Of a stretch of DNA of 64,000 nucleotides, positions 34,181 to 45,967 are shown in pieces. The first letter of the stretch is position 1. Every line of letters begins with the position of its first letter. Position numbers and translations under genes: made by a program. Source of the DNA: Eledone cirrhosa (lineage: Eukaryota); NCBI GenBank assembly GCA_964016885.1, contig CAXHJY010001022.1:1-64000 (forward strand), given 5' to 3'. Below the pieces are notes generated by a model. The model searched no databases, was not told the origin of the DNA, and saw nothing but the letters and a program-made list of their open reading frames with translations.

Positions 34181-34614
34181 TGTGTGTATATAATTACATA
34201 TAGATGTGTGTGTTTATATTATATACGTGTGCGTGTTTGTGTATGTATGTGTATGTACGTGTTTATGTATTTGTATATGTATATTTATGTGTGAGAGTGT
34301 GTGTATGTGTTTACTATTTCGTATGTATGTATATGTGCTTTCGTGTGTATTACTTACCACGCGTGTCTGTCCTGTTAGCTGGGGCATGTCTCGGTGTCAA
34401 ACATTTTTTAATATATATATATATATTTATATATTTTTTTCTTATATTTATTTGCGTGTGTGAATATGTAGAGGAGTGCATTCATGTATGTGTATGTATG
34501 TACGTTGTATGTTTGTGTGAATGTATGTATGTGTATATATATATGTGTGTGTGTGTATGGCTATGTTTGTGTATGTGTATGCTTGTACACACACGTGTGT
34601 GTGTGTGTATGTGT

Positions 34615-34664
<50 letters not shown>

Positions 34665-34997
34665 GTACATATATTTATATGTGTGTGTGTATGTGTGTGT
34701 ATGTGTGTGTGTGTGTATGTATGAATGTGTGTATGTGTATATGTGTGTATATATGTGTATGTGTGTGTAGGTGTACGTTTTATATATATATATGTGTATA
34801 TGTATATATGTATGCGTACATTTATATAATTGTATATATGTATGTGTGTGTAAGTATGCTTTTGTGTTTTTTTGTGTGTGTGTTTGCATGTGTAGTTTTA
34901 TTTTATTTTTCCTTTCCTTCTCCCTTTTCCAGCCTCACTTTCATATAGATTGCATTTTTGTTTTTAGAATCCAAATTCAATAAACAAACCAGGATTT

Positions 34998-35055
34998 TTC
35001 ATTCTGAGGATTGAAAGCAAAACCTTTTGCTTTTAAGAAACCACTGGTAAATGGA
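34998..35055 (+). ncRNA. Type I hammerhead (family F)
   Basis: ttcatt CTGAGGA ttgaaagcaaaa cc ttttgcttttaa GAAA cca c tgg TA aatgga. Confidence 0.88.
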
Positions 35056-35152
35056 ATAATTGCCTTATGTTGTTTATTACATAATAATAATAATTAAGCT
35101 CTGTCGCCTACATAGAGCACTCTTTTTTCCTGGACTTTTCCGATGGAATTAC

Positions 35153-35232
<80 letters not shown>

Positions 35233-35503
35233 TACACATACATACACATATATGCACATATATGTGTGTATACATATATATATATACACAAACACATATA
35301 TACATATATATATTAATAAGAGGAATTCCAACTTTGTCTGATTTACTCGTTTTATTTACAATCCTTTAAAATATATAATGGTATTATAATGAAATAGTAT
35401 GATAGAATATTAAATTCTAAGTGTTAATTGAACAAGTACTTTCATGCTTTCGCAATTTTCAGGTTCATAATATGTGGTGACAGTCAAGTTTGCAATTTTC
35501 AAC

Positions 35504-35624
<121 letters not shown>

Positions 35625-35663
35625 CATATATACATATATACATATACACATATATACATAAAT

Positions 35664-35710
<47 letters not shown>

Positions 35711-36199
35711 CATACATACACATACATACATACATACACACATACATACATACACATAGATGTATACATATATAAATATGTATATATATATATATATATA
35801 TATGGTGTCTGCCAACTCGTTTTCGAGTACGGCCACTACTTTATATCCATGTAGGAGAACCCCTACCGATGCGCTGAACGAGTGTGACTTTTTAGTCCAG
35901 CCAGCGACTTGAAAACTCTGGTACAAACACTACATTCGTGACAATTACTGACACATAGTGCTGGGCCCATGGTACCATGTGATGACAAGTGCAGAGAGAT
36001 CTCCAGATATAAAGCAATGCCTGTGCCGTGAAGCGTTTATAGTGAGCAAAGGCACTGCACAAAGCCAGTCCCACTCTCTTAACCAGGATTATATTTACAA
36101 AAAAGAACAAGTCAACATCATTGGATACCATCAGGGTTGCAGGTGTTATATCAGAGTTTTCCTTCTCCTACACATACATATACATACACATACACATAC

Positions 36200-36230
<31 letters not shown>

Positions 36231-36231
36231 C

Positions 36232-36336
<105 letters not shown>

Positions 36337-36878
36337 CACATACACACATATACACATATACATATATATATATATATGTTATACACATATACACATATAT
36401 ATAAATATATGTGTATATATATATATATATAAATATATGTATATATATATATACATATATATACATATATATATATATACATATATATATTCATATATAT
36501 ATATATATATACACATATATATATACACACACATATACACATATACATACATATATATGTTATACACATATACACATATATATAAATATATTATTTTCCC
36601 GAGAAAACATCTATGTGTGTCATCAAGCGATGCGCACATATGGTTATTTTTTTTATATCCAATTGAGTTCTAGCACGTGGCATGAATTCTTATCAGAATT
36701 GATTGACCTGCGCACGTATTGATTTTTGGCGGTAATCTCCTTCCTCCTATTTTCGAGACAGTGTGAAATTATCTTTAGAACTGCTGGACTAACAACCTAG
36801 CAGCTCCCTCAAGCACTGATGGTGATTATCGCTAAATATTGATGTTTATTTGGTTATCAATATTAATATTATTGGGCA

Positions 36879-37001
36879 CCCACTGAAGAATTATAAGAGC
36901 CCACTTGAATAAGTATATGTTGATCTTATACAACCTTCTACATAAATTGGTATAATTTCACTTAATTTGTAGAAATCTTATAGTGAAACGAGTCGTCTGG
37001 G
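36879..37001 (+). ncRNA. Type I hammerhead with ~95 nt branched domain II
   Basis: ccca CTGAAGA attataaga...tcttatagt GAAA cga g tcg TC tggg. Confidence 0.8.
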
Positions 37002-37676
37002 AAGAGATATACTTGATATATCTCATATGAAATGATACAGCCAATTTTCCACACAATACAATTAGTTAGCACCCCGAACGTTTAATTATGAGTATACTCA
37101 GGTATTACCTAATGTTTGTTGAGTGGGTTGTAATTTGGCCGGAGTATCGCTATTAGCTTTCTCCGATTATATATTTATATATTTACTCTTGGAGCAACAG
37201 ATATGAACTTTCCCGATATAAGGTATGACACTCTTTGTTTATTTTTTATATGAATATTGAGTGTTTGTTCTTGTATCTCATTCTGTTATTTTGCCGGAGA
37301 AAATATCTATGTATGTCATCAAGCGATGCGCACATATGGTTTTCTTTTCATATCCAATTGAGTTATAACACGAGGCTTGAATTCTTTTCAGAATTTATTG
37401 ACCTGCGCATGTATTGTTTTTTGGCGGTAATCTGCTTCCTCCTATTTTCGAGACAGTGTGAGATTTTCTTTAGAACTGCTGAACTAACAACCTAGCAGCT
37501 CCCTCAAGCAGTGATGGTGATTATCGCTAAATATTGATGTTGATTTGGTTATCAATATTAATATTATTGGGCACCCACTGAAGAATTATAAGAGCTCACT
37601 TGAATAAGTATTTGTTGATCTTATACAAGCTTTTACATAAATTGGTATAATTTCACTTAATTTGTAGAAATCTTAT

Positions 37677-38030
37677 CATCATTCATCATTCATCGACTAC
37701 TGTCGAGATGATGGATCTTACTCTCATGCCCCAGAATTCCCTGTTCCCCATCGCCGCCCCCAGGTCCTGTCTACTGATTCCCGTATCCCTAGAGATAACG
37801 TCAGGAATGACAGCTTCCTACTCCTAATCAAGCTGGAGTCACGCTACCCAGCAAAATACTTGATCGACACCGGCATTGCTGACGACATCGCATTGTTCAG
37901 TCGGTCACTGGAAAATGCTGAGAGTCTTTTGAAGTCATTAGAGCAAGCGTCCAACTGTGTTGGACTGTACCTCAACGAATCCAAGACTGAGTATGTGAAC
38001 AGATGCGCAAACAGCCCAAACTACCCCATC
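37677..38030. mobile_element. RTE-like LINE fragment with 5' inversion and 11 bp TSD
   Basis: TSD agaaatcttat (37666-37676, 38031-38041); + strand ADDIALFS...VGLYLNESKTEY; - strand C-terminus DTGISRQDLGAAMGNREFW with (gatgaat)n tail. Confidence 0.85.
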
Positions 38031-38231
38031 AGAAATCTTATAGTGAAACGAGTCGTCTGGGAAGAGATATACTGGATATATCTCATATGAAATGATACAG
38101 CCAATTTTCCACACAATACAATTAGTTAGCACCCTGAACGTTTAATTAGAAATATACTCAGGTATTTCCTAATGTTTGTTGAGTGAGTTAGAATTTGGCG
38201 AGAGTATCGTTATTAGCTTTCTCCGCTTATG

Positions 38232-38358
<127 letters not shown>

Positions 38359-39334
38359 AAATACATACATATAAAGAAGTAGAGAGAAAGAGAAAATGAG
38401 GCCAAGAAGAGAACATGGGTGTATGTATTGAGTCCTGTCGAGGCATATATATGTTACTTATTCATTTCACTTGGAATACTTTCTCTTTCACTACGAAAAA
38501 TTAATTAACTATCTCGAATAACTGTTCATTCTTGATTTATACGGGTGATTTGTCGATATAGTACTCATTGGCTTAGCCATAATCAATTGCTTTGAAAAGC
38601 TTACCTACGATATACGCCTATATTAAGTGCGAATTTTGCCGGAAAGTTAACGAAATCTATAAATAAGGTATTATCGATAAACATCGCGTTATAGGGATAT
38701 TTTAGCGGAAGCCTTACTGTTACTATTCCTTAGACGATTATCAATATGAATTGATTGACCGACAATATTCGTGAAATACGTACTAATACGCTAGTAGCTT
38801 ATGATATATTTGACACAAGAATTTTGAAGACGGTAAATGAACCAGGAGCGGCACTATCGGAGCGCTCTCACTTGGCTGATAAAAGAGTGCTTCTAAAATT
38901 CATATATATACATATATATATGAATTTTAGAAGCACTCTTTTATTCACCACATTGTAGTCTCTATCAACCAAGTGAGAGCGCTCCAATAGTGCCGCTCCT
39001 GGTCTTTTAACCGTCTTCAAAATGACTAACGCACACTATGTCAGAACAACATGACCCCTCATTAATTACAGTCGACAAACTTTTGCTTTGTATGTAAATG
39101 AGTTTCGTCAGCCGATGTCCATGCCATAAATCCTATGACCGTTTAACATATTTTCTTCTTAGCATCTAAGGAGGTAGCCTCTCTAATAGCGGTTAAAAAT
39201 CAGTAACGGTCCCTTCAGAGTGCTCTCGCATTGTTGGTGTTGAATTAATCACTGCTTCTAAACTTCTCATAGAGATGACTATAAAATGTTTATTTACATG
39301 ACCACTTCTGGTATGATTCAACATACAATCCCAG

Positions 39335-39383
<49 letters not shown>

Positions 39384-39434
39384 AAGTAATTGAGTTAATT
39401 ACTATAATTTTCTTATCTTACGTCTTATATATAC

Positions 39435-39473
<39 letters not shown>

Positions 39474-39482
<9 letters not shown>

Positions 39483-40043
39483 CGTGAGATAAGAAAATTA
39501 TAGTAATTAACTCAATTACTTAAATTTCACTCCAACTAATTAGTTTCTCAGAGGAGATATACATAGTCTCCAAATGGAGACCATGGAGAATCCTTTCTTC
39601 ATCAGGGAGTCATTCTCAGCTAAGATTCCTGGCGATGCGTGGACACAGGGATCGTATACAAAAATAATTCAGTGGATGGAAAAAAGCTAGCGCGGACTAA
39701 ATTCGAAGCCATTGAAAATTTCACTGCCTTCCTGGTCAGTGGCAAATTCAAAAGAATCAATCACGTGACATTGAGGTTATTCAGTGAGGAGTGGGTGTTA
39801 AACAAACAGTAGCTAAATTGAATACTATGAACCATAGTAGTAATTTAGGCAAATTTGTGCACAACAAAATAATTTGGAGATAATTATAAAGAATTAGTAT
39901 ATCTACCAACATATTTATACAGATGTATACTTACGCTAGCAAATATATAAGTTTTGTCTTAGTAACTTTGTGGTTCCATACAAAGAAATGTAGAACAATT
40001 ATATAAAAGACGTAAAATAAGGAAATTATAGTAATTAACTCAC
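39474..40043 (-). mobile_element. Non-coding ~530 bp HHR unit with ~40 bp terminal redundancy
   Basis: ~39474-39514 recurs at ~40003-40043; HHR inside; TA flanks. Confidence 0.65.
39529..39610 (-). ncRNA. Type I hammerhead with extended domain II
   Basis: actcc CTGATGA aga...catggtctcca tt tggagactatg...tct ga GAAA ctaattag TT ggagt. Confidence 0.78.
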
Positions 40044-40246
40044 ATATATATATATATATATGGAGAAGAAGTTTATGAAACGGAAATGCGGGTATAAAGA
40101 ATTTATTAGGTAACAATTGTTTCCATAGTGTATGGGTTACCTATACCTCGCTATTTGAATAATATAAAAATATTATCATAAACCGAAGGTAGACTGCAAG
40201 CAGACACACCATGTCGTTAGTAACATTGGAATACAAATTTACTAAT

Positions 40247-40363
<117 letters not shown>

Positions 40364-40529
40364 ATACATAGGGAGGTTCATATTATTATAATATTGCCAG
40401 AAAAAATAGCAGAACACAGTCATGGTTTGGTTTGCGTTTCGCTTCTGTATCTTTTATATAGTTAATTTATTTGGCAATCATTGTTGATCATAGATCGACC
40501 AACGGTTAAAAATACAGATATCAATATAT

Positions 40530-42570
40530 ATATATACAACCCGTATGGGATTGAAAGAACAAAATATAACGACTTAATTTTAAAGGAATTGCGGAAAAAT
40601 TATAAAAAGGCCCCAAGTGATGTTTTATTGGATATTAATAATGATGCATTTGAAATTATCACCATATCTTGGAATAGAGCGGAAAACCGAACCTTTCATA
40701 CCAAAGCAACCACGGATAAATTTTAAAGACCATAAAAGAAATTTCGAGGAGGACCTGCCAGTTAGACTTATAGCACCTTCAAAATCAGATCTTGGAATAA
40801 TTAGTAAAATTACAATAGAGAGGATTTTACCAACTCTTAAATTTAGGTCATGGCTAAACCAATCGAAAGGCACTAGTGAAGTCATAGATCGGTTCACTAG
40901 TGAAAATAAAAATAATTATAAGTTCATTGAAATGGACATAACTAGTTATTATTCCTCGATAACACCTAATCTGTTAAATAAGGCGTTATCATATGTATAT
41001 AAACATACTGACTTATCTAGTGATGAGATACATATTATATTAACAGGGCGAACTTTGATTCACTTTAATAATTGTTTTTACGTTAGGCACAAGGCCAGCA
41101 AATACCCAGTGCATTACTGGTACTTTATTTTATCGACACCGTAAGGATGAAAGGCAAAGTTAACCTCGGCGGGATTTGAACTCAGAATGGCAAGGGCCGT
41201 AATAATGATCTTTGGAGTAGATCAGATAGACAGAAGATTGTTGACATTACTATGGGTTCGTCTGATTCGGCGCAAGTTACCGATATTGTGGGAATTTTCA
41301 TCCTTAACCTGATAAATAGAAAACTGCCGGAGATTACCGGAGGTTTTTATAGAGATGGCATACTATTTATTTTAGAAAAACATAATAATAGCGAATTAAA
41401 AACTGTAAAGAAAGTAATTATAGAATTTTTTTTAAATTACGTCCTGAAATTAGAAGTAGAAAATAATAATAAAATAGTTAATTTTTTAGACGTTACTCTT
41501 AATTTGAACTCAGGCCTTTATTATCCCTTCCATAAACTCAATGAGAATTTAAATTATGTTAGTTTTTATTTTATTCATCCTAAAAGAGTTAAGAATGCAA
41601 TTGTCAACAGTGTACAGCACCGAATGTCCAGGCTATCTGCTAATAGATCCATATTTAATAGTAAGGCTGTATATTATAATGAAGCGTCACATAAAGCTGG
41701 ATATAACAATAATATTGAGTATATAGAAAAAAATAATGAAAATAATATTAATTATAATTACACTAATCATAATAAAAACGAATATAAAAACAACTTGCGG
41801 AATAAATGGGGGGAAAAAATAAGAAATAGGTATGCTCCGCCAGCATCTTTAGCTATTAAAACACAGGTAGCACACTTATTTTTTAAGCTTTGGATAAATG
41901 CTTCCCTACGTCACATAAATATTACTCTATTTTCAACAGACACACAGTTAAACTTTCTCATTCAAGAACTATGAATATTGCTCAAAATATAGCATAAATA
42001 AATAATAAAATTCTTAACTTGAACCGACATATAATTAGCAATAATAACAATAATAATAACAATACATTAGTTAATGGGAATAACAATAATAGTTTAAATA
42101 CTAATAATAGTAGAACACCTGTAAATAATAATGTGAATAGTTTAAGGTCTGGAAATTACATTGAGAAGAAATGTAATTGTAGAAAGCAGTCCGAATGTTC
42201 TTTACGAAATAATTGCGTTGACAAGAATATAGTATATAAATGTACCATTAAGACAAAAAATAGTATATATAACTATATTGGTGCCACTTCATATAAATTT
42301 AAGGAACGGCAGTATAATCACAGACAGTCTTTTATTAAACCAGATAAGAAATGTTCAACTTCACTTTCGCAATTAATATGGTCTTTAAGGGACAATAATA
42401 TTAAATATTCCATCTCTTGGACCAAATTGAAGAATGCTACTGTTTCGCAAATTTTGCAATGTTTGTAATTTCGGTCTCCACTGAAAATTACAAGTTATGA
42501 CAATTTAATCAACAAAAAAATGAATTATTCAGTAGTTGTCACCATAACATTGGTAAAACTTTCCAAGCAT
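40530..42570 (+). pseudogene. PLE RT-GIY-YIG pol remnant interrupted by a SINE
   Basis: FKDHK, FIEMDI, MGSSDSAQ, GFYRDG, NFLDVTLNL, CNCRKQSECSLRNNC, NYIGAT. Confidence 0.92.
41072..41200 (-). mobile_element. SINE inserted in the family G RT
   Basis: Same SINE family; taataat on both sides; removal restores IHFNNDLWSR. Confidence 0.88.
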
Positions 42571-43952
42571 TGTACAAGTTTCGAAAAAAATATTGACAAT
42601 TAATAATTTAATATATATATACATGTTTTTGCCTTATTGTGGTAATAATGTATTGTTAGTTATATGTATTAGAATTATTTTATTAAAAGTCTCGTTATCT
42701 TATTTTTTTATTAGGACAGTTCAATATCTAACTAGACATTTTTTATGATATTTGCAATAGATTATTTATGGTGTTCGAGATATCGCGGAATGTGTGAGTA
42801 GAGATATGTTATAAATGTTTGTACATGGTGAATGAGTTATCTTCCTTTTGTTTACATTGTCCGTAAAATGTTCTTCCTTTGGTCTAGCTTGCTGAATATT
42901 GGTTTTGAAATATGTAGATTAATAATATACAGACTATCATTAAAATGAAACTATATAAATAAGTAAATACAGAAGTAAATATAGCCTTTCAGTAAATTAA
43001 TGAAATTAACTTTCGTGAGTAAATGTAACTGCAGTTTAATCCTAGAAATTAAATGAAAATTAAAGAATAGTGAAGATTTTATGAAGAGAATATCATAATT
43101 AAATAATTTGAGTAATATATGATCTAAATATATTATATGTTTTGATGGTGATTTATGTATGGTATTAGATGTTAATACATATGTAATAATTATTCAAATA
43201 CGCTTTAACGATTAATTCTTTTAAAGTTGTAACAAAATATTTATAGAATATCTTACCTTAAAATTAAAAATAATACTGTATAATGAGTTAAATTAAATTA
43301 TATAAATGTTTAATTAAATTATATATGTGATTGCTATAGAAAATAATCTATACTGATTAATTTTGATATGATATAAGTATAATTAGCTAATGCATAATCA
43401 AATACTAAAGATATACAATTGTTTAGTTGAATTGATTGGATATCCTATTTGATCCAGTATTTGAAAACAACGGATTTTTCTATATTCCCCTCTATTTGAT
43501 GTTTCCTTTATTTTCTTTATTTTCGTTACCCCCCTCTGTTCCCTTTACTTTACTTTCCTTACACCTTCCCTCTTGTGTCGTTATTCCTCTTTCCTTTTTA
43601 TATATTTCTTTTACTCATTAATCTTTTTATTTTTTATTATTTTATTAATTTATCTATTTATGTATGTATTTATTTATTTTTTCTTAACTTTCCTCTTCTT
43701 TACACCCTCTCTCATATCACTAATTTTCTCTACGTCCTTTTCTTCTTTAAGTTTATCATATTATTTGTGGTATATACACGTTGAGATTTTATGTAATAAA
43801 TCACTGCCAATACTGGAATTGTATAATCAAGACCGTAGCGGTATGTCATATATCAAATCATATATTTTATCTGATGAAAACGTACTGAAAAAACAACACA
43901 AATATATATAATAAAGCATATAATTTGAATATCGTTCATTGTAAATATTTTG

Positions 43953-43987
<35 letters not shown>

Positions 43988-44028
43988 GAAAATAAAACAA
44001 AGAAGCCTTCAATACATCAAAAGTCTTT

Positions 44029-44073
44029 ATTAGCCAACAATGTTTCGTCCTATTAAGGACTCATCAGGGCAAT
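44029..44073 (-). ncRNA. Type I hammerhead (family E, inverted copy)
   Basis: Reverse complement of 45706-45750. Confidence 0.85.
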
Positions 44074-45705
44074 CAAAACCACAAGAAGTACTATCGGCCA
44101 ATACAAGCCGAAAACTCCGAAGAATATGGAGTGTACATACACTAAAGTATTGGAAGATTATGGGTAAAAATATATAATAAAAATCACTAAGGAGGTGGAT
44201 AACATTTTGAACCATATTACAAATATAGTCCAAAGCAAAAAAACTAAAGGTGGTTATATAGAGCAGGAATTATAGTACTATATATAATACAATATAATAT
44301 AATATAATATACTTGTAACAATATTAAAATTAAAATTAAAAGGCACAATATACATATGTATATATGTACGCACAAGTACGCACGTATACATATACATCAA
44401 TACACATTTCCATCATTAACAGCACAAATTAAACCTTATTAAGAGTTTAAATATAAATAAGCATAATAGGAATAAAAATAATAATAATACATATATCTAA
44501 TATACAGTATAACATGAAGTAATGAAATGATTAAAAGTAAAACATATAATATATAATAAACTATATAATTATATAATATATAATATAATATAATAGATAA
44601 TCTCCGATTAATTTACACAAACAATATAGATGTCACAATAATACTATAATAATAATATAATAACATATAATATATAATGGCATGTAAGTTAACAAATCAA
44701 TTCATGTAGAGTTACAGAGTAGAGCAGAAAAAAATATATATTGTACAATACCCAAAATTATGATGGTACAAAAATATAAACATCTTACATGATATATAAA
44801 ATTTAACATATCATAATGGTACATAAAATCATCGGTAAGTAATAAGGATCAATAGTACAATAACAACTTCAATATGAAATAAAATAATGAACATAATATA
44901 ATATATAATTACTTATAATTAAAAGGTTGGTAAACAGACACATATGTGAATGAGTGAATAAGGGCCAGACAGAAAATACTATGCACAGTAGTATTAATAA
45001 ATAAATAAATAAAATCAAACGGAAATTAAAAAACAAAAACAAAAGTATTTACTTAGGTCTCACATGCAGTTAAGTAAAAACTTAGGAAAAAACCCAGATA
45101 AATGACTAGAAAACCCTATTTGATAAATTAATATTGAAAATATTTAATATACCTAATAAGGCAATACAATATTAGCTATGGTTTAAGTAATAAAAATTCC
45201 TAAACATTAATATTTCACTATAAATATATATATAAAGGAATGAAATATTCTACTATCATTTACATGTTATACTGTATATTAGATATACGTATTATTATTA
45301 TTTTTATTCCTATTATGCTTATTTATATTTAAACTCTTAATAAGGTTTAATTTGTGCTGTTAATGATGGAAATGTGTATTGATGTATATGTATATGTGCG
45401 TACGTGTGCGTACATATATACATATGTATATTGTGCCTTTTAATTTTAATTTTAATATTGTTACAAATATATTATATTATATTATATTGTATTATATATA
45501 GTACTATAATTCCCGCTCTATATAACCACCTTTAGTTTTTTTGCTTTGGACTATATTTGTAATATGGTTCAAAATGTTATCCACCTCCTTAGTGATTTTT
45601 ATTATATATTTTTACCCATAATCTTCCAATACTTTAGTGTGTGTACACTCCATATTCTTCGGAGTTTTCGGCTTGTATTGGCTGATAGTACTTCTTGTGG
45701 TTTTG

Positions 45706-45750
45706 ATTGCCCTGATGAGTCCTTAATAGGACGAAACATTGTTGGCTAAT
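45706..45750 (+). ncRNA. Minimal type I hammerhead (family E)
   Basis: attgcc CTGATGA gtcc ttaata ggac GAAA c att g TT ggc taat. Confidence 0.9.
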
Positions 45751-45967
45751 AAAGACTTTTGATATATTGAAGGCTTCTTTGTTTTATTTTCATAATTCTT
45801 CGGCTCTGTTTAATTACATTGAGCTATACCTTTTACTGTCATTTCTATAATACGAAGAGGGTGTTTAACTCCAACACGCTCCAGTATTTTAATCCTTGTC
45901 ACTGCTCCCGATTGGTTGAGCTTCCGCCTATATACTGGTGTTTTTGCCTTTATATATATCTGACAGT

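Larger units (their letters stand above)
32040..35155 (+). mobile_element. PLE family F, 5'-truncated with inverted pLTR
   Basis: ~32040-32685 is the reverse complement of ~34460-35092; GIY-YIG in between; microsatellite-rich 3'UTR. Confidence 0.88.
36591..38226 (+). mobile_element. Non-coding ~696 bp unit in ~1.8 tandem copies with HHR (retrozyme or solo pLTR tandem)
   Basis: Sequence at 36591 repeats at 37287; second unit interrupted by a LINE fragment; TA flanks. Confidence 0.8.
40530..43960 (+). mobile_element. Degenerate Naiad-type PLE (family G)
   Basis: RT/EN fragments, long AT-rich 3'UTR and broken HHR at ~43865-43915. Confidence 0.88.

Noticed and set aside
35803-36170. Host exon in a unique island
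   Set aside because: No convincing ORF or splice context; probably a repeat fragment, left unassigned
39040-39116. Minus-strand CTGACGA as an HHR core
   Set aside because: No matching GAAA, stem III or stem I found
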